32,000 bases of DNA from Pyrodictium occultum (GCF_001462395.1 NZ_LNTB01000001.1:600001-632000); one strand, 5' to 3'. Numbered from the stretch's first letter, positions 10,091 to 20,236 are shown. Translations and numbers: made by a program. The notes: a model not told the origin generated them from the sequence alone.

Positions 10091-11038
10091 ATGCTCTCCC
10101 GCCTGGAGAAACTGTCCAGAATAGTGGGCTCCACGCCCACCAGGTGCTTCCAGCTTGGCCGCTATAGGCTCTGTGTCAAGCTAGAGTATGTAAACCCTAC
10201 GGGCAGCCATAAGGATAGGATAGCACTCTACATGATACGCTCTGCAGTCGAGAGGGGAGACCTGGGCCCAGGCGGCTGCGTGGCGGAGGTGAGCAGCGGC
10301 AACACAGCCACCTCCGTCGCCTGGATAGCGTGGAGCCTCGGCCTGCGCCCAACCCTCTTCGTGGAGCGCATGGCATCGAACACTAAGAAGAGCCTCATAA
10401 GGATGCTGGGCGGGGAGGTCGTCGAGATAGGCGATGAGGGACTGAGCAGGGACTGGGCCAGGGAGCGCGCTGAGGAGCTGGGCTGCCTCCTCCTCGACCA
10501 GACCAGTAACGAGTACAACCACCTGGCCCACTACGAGACCACCGGTGCGGAGATAGTGGAGCAAGTGGGTAGGGTTGACGCCTTCCTGATGGGCGTCGGG
10601 ACCGGTGGAACAGTCACCGGCGTCGCCCGCCGCCTGCGCGAGAGCCAGGGCAGCACGCTGGTGGTGGCAGTAACCCCCAGGGGCTCCAGGCTAGCCGGCG
10701 GAGAGGGCGGCGACACTATAGAGGGCCTCGCCTCCCGCAGCGTGCCGCCGCTCTATGAGAGGCACCGGGCCCTCGTGGACACGGTGGTCGAGGTTAGCGG
10801 CCGGGAGGCTCTCATGGGGGTTGAGGCCCTGGCCTCTGCCACCGGGCTGCTGGCGGGCCCCTCCACCGGGGCCGCCTTCGCCGCGGCCTCCAGGCTGATC
10901 CTGGAGAGAGTCCTCGACCCAGGCTCAACGGTGGTGATAATAGCGGCCGACAGCCTGGCCCGCTACCCCGAGCTCTCCAGCAGCTTCCGGCTGGGAGCTG
11001 CCGGAGGAGCCGCTCTCCTTAATAGCTGGCTGGCCTAG
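10091..11038 (+). CDS. PLP-dependent beta-replacement enzyme of the cysteine synthase / CBS / O-phosphoserine sulfhydrylase family
   Basis: Has NPTGSHKDR (PLP lysine), the SSGNTA loop and the GVGTGGTVTG loop. The ATG at 10091 is preceded by GAGGGGAG. The track start at 10034 adds an implausible leader. Confidence 0.75.
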   Translation: MLSRLEKLSRIVGSTPTRCFQLGRYRLCVKLEYVNPTGSHKDRIALYMIRSAVERGDLGPGGCVAEVSSGNTATSVAWIAWSLGLRPTLFVERMASNTKKSLIRMLGGEVVEIGDEGLSRDWARERAEELGCLLLDQTSNEYNHLAHYETTGAEIVEQVGRVDAFLMGVGTGGTVTGVARRLRESQGSTLVVAVTPRGSRLAGGEGGDTIEGLASRSVPPLYERHRALVDTVVEVSGREALMGVEALASATGLLAGPSTGAAFAAASRLILERVLDPGSTVVIIAADSLARYPELSSSFRLGAAGGAALLNSWLA

Positions 11039-12918
<1,880 letters not shown>

Positions 12919-12965
12919 ATCTAAACCAGAAACACCAGTATACTCCCTAGACTAAGATAGCTTTA

Positions 12966-13346
12966 ATGATTGTTAGGGGTAGTGAGTCGAAACTATATAT
13001 TCCACCGACTAAGAACTATGTAGAGGTGTTGGAGGGGATAGAGAAGGTTTCAATAGGTGGGAAAACACCGTTAAGCTCAGCACTCTACAACCTAATACTA
13101 CTAGCTAGAAGGGAGAGGTTGAGGGATAGGTCGTTGAGGATTAGAGCATTCCTGATAACGGATGGTAAAGCTAATGTCCCATTATACGGGGATATTAAGG
13201 ATGAGATCATTAGGCTTGGAAGAGAGATTAGGAGGAGTAATATAGAGCTCACAATATATGATACAAGGACTAGTGAAATAGATCCAGGGATATCCTATAT
13301 CCCCCTCTTAAGCGAGGCAGCTGGTGCAAAAGTCTACAAGGTATAG
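12966..13346 (+). pseudogene. N-terminally truncated von Willebrand A domain of the Mg-chelatase ChlD/BchD/CobT type
   Basis: ..RGSESKLYIPPTKN..GGKTPLSSAL..FLITDGKANVPL..IELTIYDT.. matches the distal two-thirds of a ChlD-type vWA domain. The DxSGS MIDAS strand, expected about 60 aa upstream of GGxTPL, is absent. All three upstream frames contain stops. Confidence 0.6.
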
Positions 13347-13374
13347 GCTCATATAATAGGTTGGGGGGTATTAT

Positions 13375-14355
13375 GTGTTAAATGAGCTAGTAACAGCTTT
13401 AAGAATAGCTTCCAGCTTCTTAGAACACTCAATCCCCACACTATTCATTGGCACATTCATAGCTGAGCTCCTAGTTGTAAGTAGGGTTATTGATAAATTC
13501 TCTATTATAAGCAAACCCTTTATTAATCTCTCAAATCTTCCAAGTGAATGTGCTCTATCCTTTACAGCATCGTTTCTTGATCCAAAGGCTGGAAGCGCTA
13601 TGCTTGCAGGTTTCTATAGGGGTAATAGGATTAGTAGGAGGGAACTATATGTAGCTGCTCTTATAAACGCTTTCCCCGCAATAGTTGGGCATTGGAAATC
13701 GCTACTACCAGTACTCCTAGCAACTCTTGGGGGGATAGGCTTAATCTATTTTGGAATACTAGTTCTCATAGGGTTTATCCAAACAGTAATCTTCATATTA
13801 GTTGGTAGGATCATGTTTAAGAGTTTGAGGAGGAGAAATATTCCACGAAAACACATGTGTTCAGTTGTGTTTTCTAGGAAAACCGTGGGGGAGGCACTGG
13901 TTAGGACTGTGAAATTATTAATACCCATCCTAAAGATTATGGTGCCAGCAATACTTATAACATCACTGCTCATATCTTTCAGTATTTTCAAATATTTAAC
14001 ATATACTATGAAATATATCACAACCCTTCTACCCCTATCCATGCAGGAGATTAGTGTGGTTGCAACTGCTATGGTGAATAATATTGCAGCCTACACTCTC
14101 GCCGCAAACTTGCTGGATAGGGGATTAATTAGTGTGAGAGACTTATTAGCCTCCCTACTCCTCGGATCAGTCTTTGCTAATGTGAATTATCTTAGATGGC
14201 TGATCCCATACTATACGAGCTTATATGGTGTTAGGGATGGTTTGAGGATTATGGCTATATCAATGATTATTCGAAACACTATTGCGCTCGGATTCTTCTA
14301 CCTCTTAAAAACCAATATGTTCCCGCTCCCCATGTTTATGGGGTGCTGTTCTTGA
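13375..14355 (+). CDS. Polytopic membrane protein, possibly of the nucleoside-recognition (Gate) domain type; the only apparently intact gene in the island
   Basis: A 326-aa ORF with many hydrophobic segments. The GTG start is preceded by GGGGGGT. The family call rests on general resemblance only. Confidence 0.6.
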   Translation: MLNELVTALRIASSFLEHSIPTLFIGTFIAELLVVSRVIDKFSIISKPFINLSNLPSECALSFTASFLDPKAGSAMLAGFYRGNRISRRELYVAALINAFPAIVGHWKSLLPVLLATLGGIGLIYFGILVLIGFIQTVIFILVGRIMFKSLRRRNIPRKHMCSVVFSRKTVGEALVRTVKLLIPILKIMVPAILITSLLISFSIFKYLTYTMKYITTLLPLSMQEISVVATAMVNNIAAYTLAANLLDRGLISVRDLLASLLLGSVFANVNYLRWLIPYYTSLYGVRDGLRIMAISMIIRNTIALGFFYLLKTNMFPLPMFMGCCS

Positions 14356-14666
14356 TAGGTATGTTTCTAAAAATCTATTTAACCTCGATCATCTCAGTAC
14401 TCCTCGGATTCATGTTGGCAGGAGTTTTGAGCAGGACAGGCCTGATCAATTTTATTGGAGCTAAAACTTCTAAGATTACAAGACTAGGTATTCATCCATC
14501 CCCCACACCGGTTCCAGCCCTATACATTGTGAGTCCGAGAATAGCTCATGCAAATGCTTCGGCAATGCTGCGTGAGGGTTTGGTTGAACCAGTGGATCTA
14601 TACATAGCTATTCTAGCATCAAATGTGTCGTTAAGGATTATGTATACAGGGCTGGATGCCCTGTAA
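14343..14666 (+). CDS. Short membrane protein, probably a C-terminally truncated second transporter-like gene
   Basis: Overlaps the previous gene by 13 nt (alternative ATG at 14361). Its last codons and stop (14664-14666) lie inside the boundary hairpin at the island's right edge. Confidence 0.4.
   Translation: MLFLIGMFLKIYLTSIISVLLGFMLAGVLSRTGLINFIGAKTSKITRLGIHPSPTPVPALYIVSPRIAHANASAMLREGLVEPVDLYIAILASNVSLRIMYTGLDAL
14645..14665. repeat. 7-bp inverted repeat (TACAGGG / CCCTGTA, 7-nt loop) at the right edge of the island
   Basis: Read directly: 14645-14651 is the reverse complement of 14659-14665. Confidence 0.5.
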
Positions 14667-14705
14667 GAGGTGTAGCCAGCCCCTACCGGTGGTGGAGAGG
14701 TGTAG
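14666..14705 (+). repeat. 10-bp direct repeat AGAGGTGTAG in two copies (14666-14675 and 14696-14705); the second copy supplies a GAGGTG Shine-Dalgarno-like element 9 nt before the Lrp ATG
   Basis: Read directly; the copy-to-copy distance is 30 bp. Confidence 0.5.
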
Positions 14706-14713
14706 AGCCGGCT

Positions 14714-15151
14714 ATGCAGGGCCAGCAGAAGCCGAGCATCGACGAGATAGATATGAAGCTCCTCCGCCTCCTCCGCGACAACGCCCGCATGTCCTACGTG
14801 AGGCTGGCCCAGGAGCTGGGGCTGAGCGAGTCGGCTGTAAGGAAGAGGATAACAAAGCTCATCAAGACTGGTGTGATAAAGAAGTTCACCATAGTCTACG
14901 ATACCGGGAGCGAGATAAGAGCGTTCATACTTGTGAGAACCCAGCCCCCGGTGTCGGTGCCGGAGGTGTCCAAGAAGATACTCTCGCTCGACCTCGTGGA
15001 GGCCGTGTACGAGGTGACCGGGGACTACGATATACTGGTGATGGTGCGCGGCGAGAAGATAGATGACGTAAACAAGTGTATAGACTATATAAGGTCGATA
15101 CCTGGAGTCTCTGGCACAAACTCCATGATAGTCCTACGCCAATGGGTGTAG
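14714..15151 (+). CDS. Lrp/AsnC family transcriptional regulator
   Basis: Has IDEIDMKLLRLLRDNARMSYVRLAQELGLSESAVRKRITKL (HTH) plus a C-terminal RAM/ACT-like domain. Length is 145 aa. Confidence 0.9.
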   Translation: MQGQQKPSIDEIDMKLLRLLRDNARMSYVRLAQELGLSESAVRKRITKLIKTGVIKKFTIVYDTGSEIRAFILVRTQPPVSVPEVSKKILSLDLVEAVYEVTGDYDILVMVRGEKIDDVNKCIDYIRSIPGVSGTNSMIVLRQWV

Positions 15152-15332
15152 GGAGAGCAGGCGGCGGGAAGCAGGGGCCCCGGCATAATAAAACTGCTTG
15201 CAAACACTGTTCAAGCCTAACCCTTAACACTACTCACGTGGGGAGAAGGCCGAGGGAGGCCCTCCTAATGTCACCCCGGCCCTCCGCGAAGCCTTTGAAA
15301 TGCCTCCAGCCCCCGGCGAGCGGTGAGGAGCC

Positions 15333-15662
15333 ATGAACAGCACGGGGATGTCGCGTAGGTACTGGCTACTAGCACGGCCCGGGATACTACGCATACTAGC
15401 GATACTCTACGAGCACGGCCCTATGCCGATACACCGCATCCCCCGCTACGGTATAGGTGTTGGTACAACCTACCGCAGCGCCCGCGAGGCCGCAACGCTC
15501 GGCCTCATAAGGCTCTTCTACTGCGGTAGCAGCAAGTGCGTGAAGCTAACCGAGCAGGGTATGCGTGTAGCCGAAAAGATAGAGGAGCTCCTCAAGGTGC
15601 TTGAGGAGCTGAACCTGGCCGAGCCCCTCCAGGGCAAGCATACCGGCGAGGAGACGGTGTAG
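15333..15662 (+). CDS. Small winged-helix DNA-binding protein
   Basis: The ILRILAILYEHGPMPIHRI...TTYRSAREAATLGLI pattern is typical of ArsR/MarR-like wHTH proteins. Length is 109 aa. Confidence 0.6.
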   Translation: MNSTGMSRRYWLLARPGILRILAILYEHGPMPIHRIPRYGIGVGTTYRSAREAATLGLIRLFYCGSSKCVKLTEQGMRVAEKIEELLKVLEELNLAEPLQGKHTGEETV

Positions 15663-15776
15663 CATCCTAGGCAGCCCCGAAGAGGTAACGGCTAAGAGCC
15701 GCACCTCTAGACAGGTAGTCGCATCTCGGGGCCGCTGAGGAGCTGTCGCCCACACCGAAGCCGGGCGGTGAGGACG

Positions 15777-16229
15777 TCAGCCTGGCCCTGAGGCCTCCCC
15801 CCTCTTACCACAGTACGCGTACACCACTACCTCGTATACCCTCTTGTCGCCCCCAAGCATCTTCACGAGTTCGTCCATTATACTGGTGGCGTTATGATCT
15901 ATGTCCAGCACCTTGCCGTTGTCAAGGCACACCACATTGATATGGGGATTGGTGTCGTCGTAGCGTGTCTCGCCTGCGACGTCGAAGCTCTTGATGAGCC
16001 CTAGCTTCTCGAGAAGCTGGAGGTTATTGTACACCGTGCTGGGGCTCACGCTCGGCATTACCTGCCGAACCTTCTCGAGTATCTCCATGAAGCTGGGGTG
16101 ATCCTTAATGTTCTCGAACACTATACGCGCTATCGTGAGCCTCTGAGCAGTAACCCGGAGCCCTTGCCTCCTCAGCTCGGTTATCAGCCGTACAAGCCTT
16201 TCCTCGACGTTCCCGCTGGCAGCGACCAC
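15777..16229 (-). CDS. Fur family (Fur/Zur/PerR-like) transcriptional regulator
   Basis: Has LRVTAQRLTIARIV...HPSFMEILEKV...VSPSTVYNNLQLLEKLGLI, the canonical Fur-family wHTH. The start is GTG. Confidence 0.8.
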   Translation of the reverse strand: MVAASGNVEERLVRLITELRRQGLRVTAQRLTIARIVFENIKDHPSFMEILEKVRQVMPSVSPSTVYNNLQLLEKLGLIKSFDVAGETRYDDTNPHINVVCLDNGKVLDIDHNATSIMDELVKMLGGDKRVYEVVVYAYCGKRGEASGPG

Positions 16230-16482
16230 CGTAGTACCCCTCCCGAAGTTCTTCCAACCTAGGAACAGCGCCTAATCCCGCTCTAATATTGTCTTCCGCG
16301 TTAATCTATCTTTCCCTGACGTACCCAGGGCTGGCCTCGGCTAAAGGAATTCTCGTCATCTCAGGTGGAGGATGCTCTAGCTGGGGAGTACTCCTCACCG
16401 GCCCCTAGGAGGGACCCGGGGTGTGGGTGAGCGTGCTCCTATAAGCCCTCCAGGGACTTTGCAACATGCCCTATACGGATCC

Positions 16483-17430
16483 CTAGGCCTCGGCCTGGCT
16501 CGTGGAAGCCTGGGAAACGCTGCCCTCAGGGCCTGCTCGTTTCCTGGAAATGCCCGCTATGAACCTCAGTATGTCCGTTCTCGTCGCAATGCCTGCTACA
16601 CGCCCCGCAGAGTCTACGACTACAACCCTGCCTATATCATGCTTGTTCATAAGCTCTATGGCATGGTTAATGTCGTCGGTCTCCCTCACGGTTATCACGG
16701 GGCTTGACATGTAGTCGCGTACCTTCGCGTCGATCCTGCCCTCGGCCAGGGCCCGCGTGAGATCTGTCTGGGTTATTATCCCGACTAGCCTCCCCCTCTC
16801 GACTACCGGTATGCCGCGTATCCTCTTCGAGGAGAGAATGGCCGCCACTTCCTTTATAGGCGTCTCGGGGCTGGTTGTGAGCGGCTTAAGGCTAGCAATC
16901 TCTATAACTGGCACCTTCGGAACGCTCACCATACGGGCTATCTTTATGCTCATTTGGCCGCTAGCAGGATCCATATGTACTACTGTGCCCTCTATCCTGA
17001 CGTTGGCTAGGGGTGTAGGCCCTATCTCCACGTGATCCCCGGGCTTCACATGCCTCCTTATATCGCCGTGCACCCTTAGTATCGCCCTACCGCCCTCAAG
17101 GTTCAGCACGTCGAGTATCTCAATGCCTATAACAGTCACGTCTATCTCTGTGCCGTCCCTGCGCAGCTTAACCGGCACCTGGGTCATGGCGCCCCTCATT
17201 ACCTCGTAGGCCTTGAGGGTAGGCATGTAGCCACCGCTGGGCCCCGTCTTGGACTCCACGAGGCCGAGGCTCTTGAGGCTGAGTATTATGTTACGTACTG
17301 TGCCCTCGTCGCGGTTTATGACCTCCGCTATCTCCTTGCTCTTTATGAGCCGCCGCTTCTGCTCATAAAGCTTTATAAGAGCCTCCAGCACCTCACGCTG
17401 TGACATGGTAAGTCTGTAGTGGGCAACCAC
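16483..17430 (-). CDS. Transcriptional regulator with an N-terminal wHTH and a C-terminal CBS-domain pair
   Basis: Has an N-terminal SQREVLEALIKLYEQ..IKSKEIAEVINRDEGTVRNIILSLKSLGLVESK block and a C-terminal CBS pair (..IRGIPVVERGRLVGIITQTDL.. and ..HDIGRVVVVDSAGRVAGIATRTDIL..). An alternative ATG start lies at 17406. Confidence 0.75.
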   Translation of the reverse strand: MVAHYRLTMSQREVLEALIKLYEQKRRLIKSKEIAEVINRDEGTVRNIILSLKSLGLVESKTGPSGGYMPTLKAYEVMRGAMTQVPVKLRRDGTEIDVTVIGIEILDVLNLEGGRAILRVHGDIRRHVKPGDHVEIGPTPLANVRIEGTVVHMDPASGQMSIKIARMVSVPKVPVIEIASLKPLTTSPETPIKEVAAILSSKRIRGIPVVERGRLVGIITQTDLTRALAEGRIDAKVRDYMSSPVITVRETDDINHAIELMNKHDIGRVVVVDSAGRVAGIATRTDILRFIAGISRKRAGPEGSVSQASTSQAEA

Positions 17431-17470
17431 CCCTAACCCACCCGCCGCACTGGAGCCCCAGCGTGCTCAC

Positions 17471-17482
17471 ATATATTATATT
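17471..17482 (-). promoter_or_regulatory. TATA-like run (ATATATTATATT), candidate promoter of the HTH-CBS regulator
   Basis: This is the strongest A/T run in the spacer. It lies about 47 nt upstream of the GTG at 17430 and about 71 nt upstream of the ATG at 17406. Confidence 0.3.
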
Positions 17483-17660
17483 CTATCACTTAGAACCTTC
17501 CTAGTGTTCGTCCGCAGGACGGTATAGGAACCAACTAAAGATAGTACGGATGGTGCCGGGACCAGCCTTCTTATCAGGCAGCAATAATAATCATAGTATG
17601 GCAACATAACTATTAAGATAATAGTGGTTTCTGAAAGTGTCCTGGCCTAGGTGCCGGGGT

Positions 17661-19025
17661 TTATCCTAGCCTGCTTCCCCGGCTCCCCGGGGCTTCCGGT
17701 GCAAGCCTCACGAGCAGAATTGCCCCCTCCTTGCCTACGACCAGCACCATGTCGCCACGTCGGATGGGCTTATCTCCCGTGTTGCGGGCCTGCCAGTACT
17801 CTCCCTCGACCAGCACGAAGCCGGTGCCGCTGGGAGGGATGTCGTCGAGCGCTTTCCCCCTCTTCCCCACGGGGGAGGGCTGGTAGATGGGCTTCAGCCT
17901 CCAGGCCCTGGCAGCCTTGTATACGACCACTAGGGTTAGCCCGGCTATAGGCACGGTCGCAGCTAGGAGCGTGTAGAGGGTGCTGTGGAGGCTCTCCCCA
18001 GCAATGTATATAGGCTTGCCGGCGAACATTATGAAGCCGCCTATGAGCAGTAGTAGTATGCCCGTTATCCCGACCACGCCGAAGCCGGGTATGAGCGCCA
18101 GCTCCGCTATCAGCATGATCGCGCCTACCAGCATCAGAGCGGCTGCCAGTACGCTGGCGCTGAGGCCTAGGCCGAAGAGGCCGAGGAGCATCAGCGCTAT
18201 CCCGGCCGCTATGGCTAGCGGGTGCCCGCTGGCGATAGCGGCTATTATCACTAGCACTGCCATGGTTGTGAGGAGGGAGCTGACCAGGGGGTCCGAGAGT
18301 GTATGGGCCAGCCGGAGGCCTGGAGGCATGCTATAGTAGACTATCCTTGGCTCTATCAGCGTGAGCCTAACGGGCCCGTATATGGTTTCAACCACAGTAT
18401 TATTCGCCTTCTCCAGCAGCTCCCATAGGCTCCTGGCGACCGCCTCCACCGCGTGGAGCCTCACCGCCTCCTCGGCGTCCAGCACCAGGTTGTGGTAGAC
18501 AAACTCCCTGGCGAGGCTCGTATTCCTGCCGTGGAGCCTCATGCACGCTTCAATCTTCTTGTAGACGGGGTTCAGTATCTTGGACTCGTTAACCGGGCGG
18601 TACTCCCCGCTGCTGGTCAGCTCGACTGGCTGGACAGCGCCTATAACAGTGCCCGGCTCCATCGCGGCGTAGCTGGTGCACATGAGTATCATTGTCCCGG
18701 CGCTCACCGCCCAGCGGCCCCTAGCGAAGCCTATGACCGGCGTCGGCGACCTCTCCAGCATCTCCACAATGTCTAGTGCAGCGTCCAGGCTCCCGCCGGG
18801 AGTATTGAGCTCAAGCACCACGGCGCTGGCGTGCATCTTCTCGGCGTACTCCAGGGCTCTCGCAACGTAGTCCCGTATGGACCCGTCTATGACCCCTTTA
18901 ACAGGGGCCACGACAACAATGCTTCTCCCGTCCCCTGCGCTGAGGGAGTGGTGGGCGGCGAGAGGCATGAGGACGGCCAGCAGCGTTACCGCGGCCAGCC
19001 ACTCCCGGGACAAGCGCGTCTCCAT
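17661..19025 (-). CDS. Membrane-bound ClpP-class serine protease of the NfeD/STOPP family (long form with C-terminal OB-fold)
   Basis: Has a signal/TM segment, then VVVAPVKGVIDGS...LELNTPGGSLDAA...AVSAGTMI (protease domain), a central multi-TM block, and a C-terminal GFVLVEGEYWQARN...GDMVLVVGKEGAILLV NfeD OB domain. Confidence 0.8.
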   Translation of the reverse strand: METRLSREWLAAVTLLAVLMPLAAHHSLSAGDGRSIVVVAPVKGVIDGSIRDYVARALEYAEKMHASAVVLELNTPGGSLDAALDIVEMLERSPTPVIGFARGRWAVSAGTMILMCTSYAAMEPGTVIGAVQPVELTSSGEYRPVNESKILNPVYKKIEACMRLHGRNTSLAREFVYHNLVLDAEEAVRLHAVEAVARSLWELLEKANNTVVETIYGPVRLTLIEPRIVYYSMPPGLRLAHTLSDPLVSSLLTTMAVLVIIAAIASGHPLAIAAGIALMLLGLFGLGLSASVLAAALMLVGAIMLIAELALIPGFGVVGITGILLLLIGGFIMFAGKPIYIAGESLHSTLYTLLAATVPIAGLTLVVVYKAARAWRLKPIYQPSPVGKRGKALDDIPPSGTGFVLVEGEYWQARNTGDKPIRRGDMVLVVGKEGAILLVRLAPEAPGSRGSRLG

Positions 19026-19060
19026 CCCCTCCTGCAGGCCCTCCCAGCAGGTGGAAGGGG

Positions 19061-19375
19061 CTAGGGCCTCCTAAACCCATGCCCCTCGAGGCCCCTCTCT
19101 GCCAGGAACACGTAGATGATGTAGAGTATGGCGGCGATCACGGCGACAGCTATGAGGAACACTATGATTTTCACGAGAATACTGGCTGTCACGCAGACCA
19201 GCGGGAGCCCTATGGCCCCAGCCACTATGTATTTGAGCGCCCTCTCTGGCTCAGCCCTCCTAATGAAGGCGTAGGCGAGGCCCAGCACTCCCCCAGCCAG
19301 GGCCAGGGCTAGGAGCGACATAGCGTTCCCAGAGGCCCGCGAGGGGCGGTGTACTGCTAAAAACCAACTGCCCAT
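19061..19375 (-). CDS. Small membrane protein (about 3 TM), function unknown
   Basis: Has hydrophobic segments LLALALAGGVLGLAYAF, AGAIGLPLVCVTASILV and IIVFLIAVAVIAAILYIIYVFL. An alternative ATG start lies at 19321. It ends 35 nt upstream of the NfeD start. Confidence 0.5.
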   Translation of the reverse strand: MGSWFLAVHRPSRASGNAMSLLALALAGGVLGLAYAFIRRAEPERALKYIVAGAIGLPLVCVTASILVKIIVFLIAVAVIAAILYIIYVFLAERGLEGHGFRRP

Positions 19376-19403
19376 AAGGGCTAGCCGCGGCCCCCGGAGG
19401 GGG

Positions 19404-19607
19404 CTAGACGGTTACGCGGCGGGGCTCCCTCCGCGGGGCGAGCTCGAAGCCGGTAGGGTGCTCGGGGACGCCCCATAGCTCGCGCTTGAGCAGCTCGCGG
19501 ACGGCTATCCTTATCGCCTCGCTCCGGCTACTGTACCTGCCCATCTTGACAAGCTCGTCGAGCCCCTCAAGGTATGTCTCGGGCATCTTCACGGTTACGA
19601 GGCGCAT
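19404..19607 (-). CDS. Ribbon-helix-helix (CopG/Arc/MetJ-type) DNA-binding protein
   Basis: Has MRLVTVKMPETYLEGLDELVKMGRYSSRSEAIRIAVRELL, a beta-strand followed by two helices as in RHH proteins. Length is 67 aa. Confidence 0.75.
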   Translation of the reverse strand: MRLVTVKMPETYLEGLDELVKMGRYSSRSEAIRIAVRELLKRELWGVPEHPTGFELAPRREPRRVTV

Positions 19608-19650
19608 CCCGGAGGCTCACCGGTAGGGACGCTGTAGGCATGGAGGTAAG

Positions 19651-19659
19651 GTTTAAAAC
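19651..19659 (-). promoter_or_regulatory. TATA-like element GTTTAAAAC, candidate promoter of the RHH gene
   Basis: Centred about 48 nt upstream of the ATG at 19607. A GGTGA Shine-Dalgarno-like element lies between them on the minus strand. Confidence 0.3.
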
Positions 19660-19733
19660 CCGGGGGAGCTGTGTTACTTCTTCCACTGAATCCGCTGCCT
19701 CCTCTGGAGCTCCCCCGGGGCCCCTGGGGGCTG

Positions 19734-20105
19734 CTAGACCTCCTCGGGGAAGAAGCTGGGCTTCTCGGCCAGGTTTATGATGGGTATCGCCACCCAGCCT
19801 GGGCGTGTAGCGTGTGACACCTCGATGTGCTCTCCCTGGTCGTCTAGCTTCACGAGCAGGTAGCTCCCGTCGCCGAGCTCGTTGCCGCTGTCGACATAGT
19901 AGTAGAGCATGGGGAGCCCGTAGAGCTTGTAGTAGTCGCGCAGCACCGCTATGATACCGTACACCTTCCCACCATCCTTGCCGGGGAACCGGACAAGGTA
20001 AGCTGGCTGCCCGAGGGTTACTATGCTCGCCGCTATCCTGGCCAGGTCCCTCAGCGAGCCAACCTTAACGGGTACGAGCCTCTCCCCAACCTGCTCGTCG
20101 GCCAA
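19734..20105 (-). CDS. Conserved-looking hypothetical protein (123 aa), soluble, alpha/beta
   Basis: Codon usage and GC3 are like neighbouring genes and the composition is not low-complexity. No family was recognised. Confidence 0.55.
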   Translation of the reverse strand: MADEQVGERLVPVKVGSLRDLARIAASIVTLGQPAYLVRFPGKDGGKVYGIIAVLRDYYKLYGLPMLYYYVDSGNELGDGSYLLVKLDDQGEHIEVSHATRPGWVAIPIINLAEKPSFFPEEV

Positions 20106-20236
20106 GGGTTCCCGAGCCCCCGGCGAGAGCCAAGACTGTGGCGATAATAAGCACTAGGCCTCTACGACGCTGCCGGGCTCCTAGCAGATTACCCCCGGGC
20201 GGGCGGGAGGCTGCTCCTAGAGAGGTGCAGCAGGCC

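Noticed and set aside
15268-15336. 22-codon upstream ORF (MSPRPSAKPLKCLQPPASGEEP) whose TGA overlaps the ATG of the wHTH gene (ATGA).
   Set aside because: It has no Shine-Dalgarno element and is Pro/Ser-rich. It lies in the same frame as a spurious 86-aa track ORF that starts inside the Lrp gene, so a chance open frame is more likely than a leader peptide.
16340-16400. Possible C/D-box sRNA in the Fur / HTH-CBS spacer. The minus strand has CTGA immediately followed by GATGACGA, and a GTGAGGA further upstream.
   Set aside because: Box spacing is wrong: D' and C' are separated by a single nucleotide (CTGA-g-ATGACGA), and the C-to-D' distance is about 27 nt rather than about 12. No terminal D box or kink-turn pairing is present.
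17560-17600. C-box-like ATGATTA and CTGA on the minus strand of the A/T-rich spacer.
   Set aside because: The two boxes are only about 12 nt apart, there is no second box pair, and the C box is degenerate.
17431-17660. Replication origin idea for the A/T-rich patch. A CACTGGAG segment near 17449 vaguely resembles part of a crenarchaeal ORB element.
   Set aside because: It is a single weak match. There are no repeated or inverted ORB copies flanking the A/T tract, and no orc1/cdc6 gene is nearby.
19404-19607. Reading the CopG-like RHH protein as the antitoxin of a toxin-antitoxin pair.
   Set aside because: No PIN, RelE, ParE or similar toxin-sized soluble ORF is adjacent. The downstream gene is a multi-TM protein followed by NfeD.
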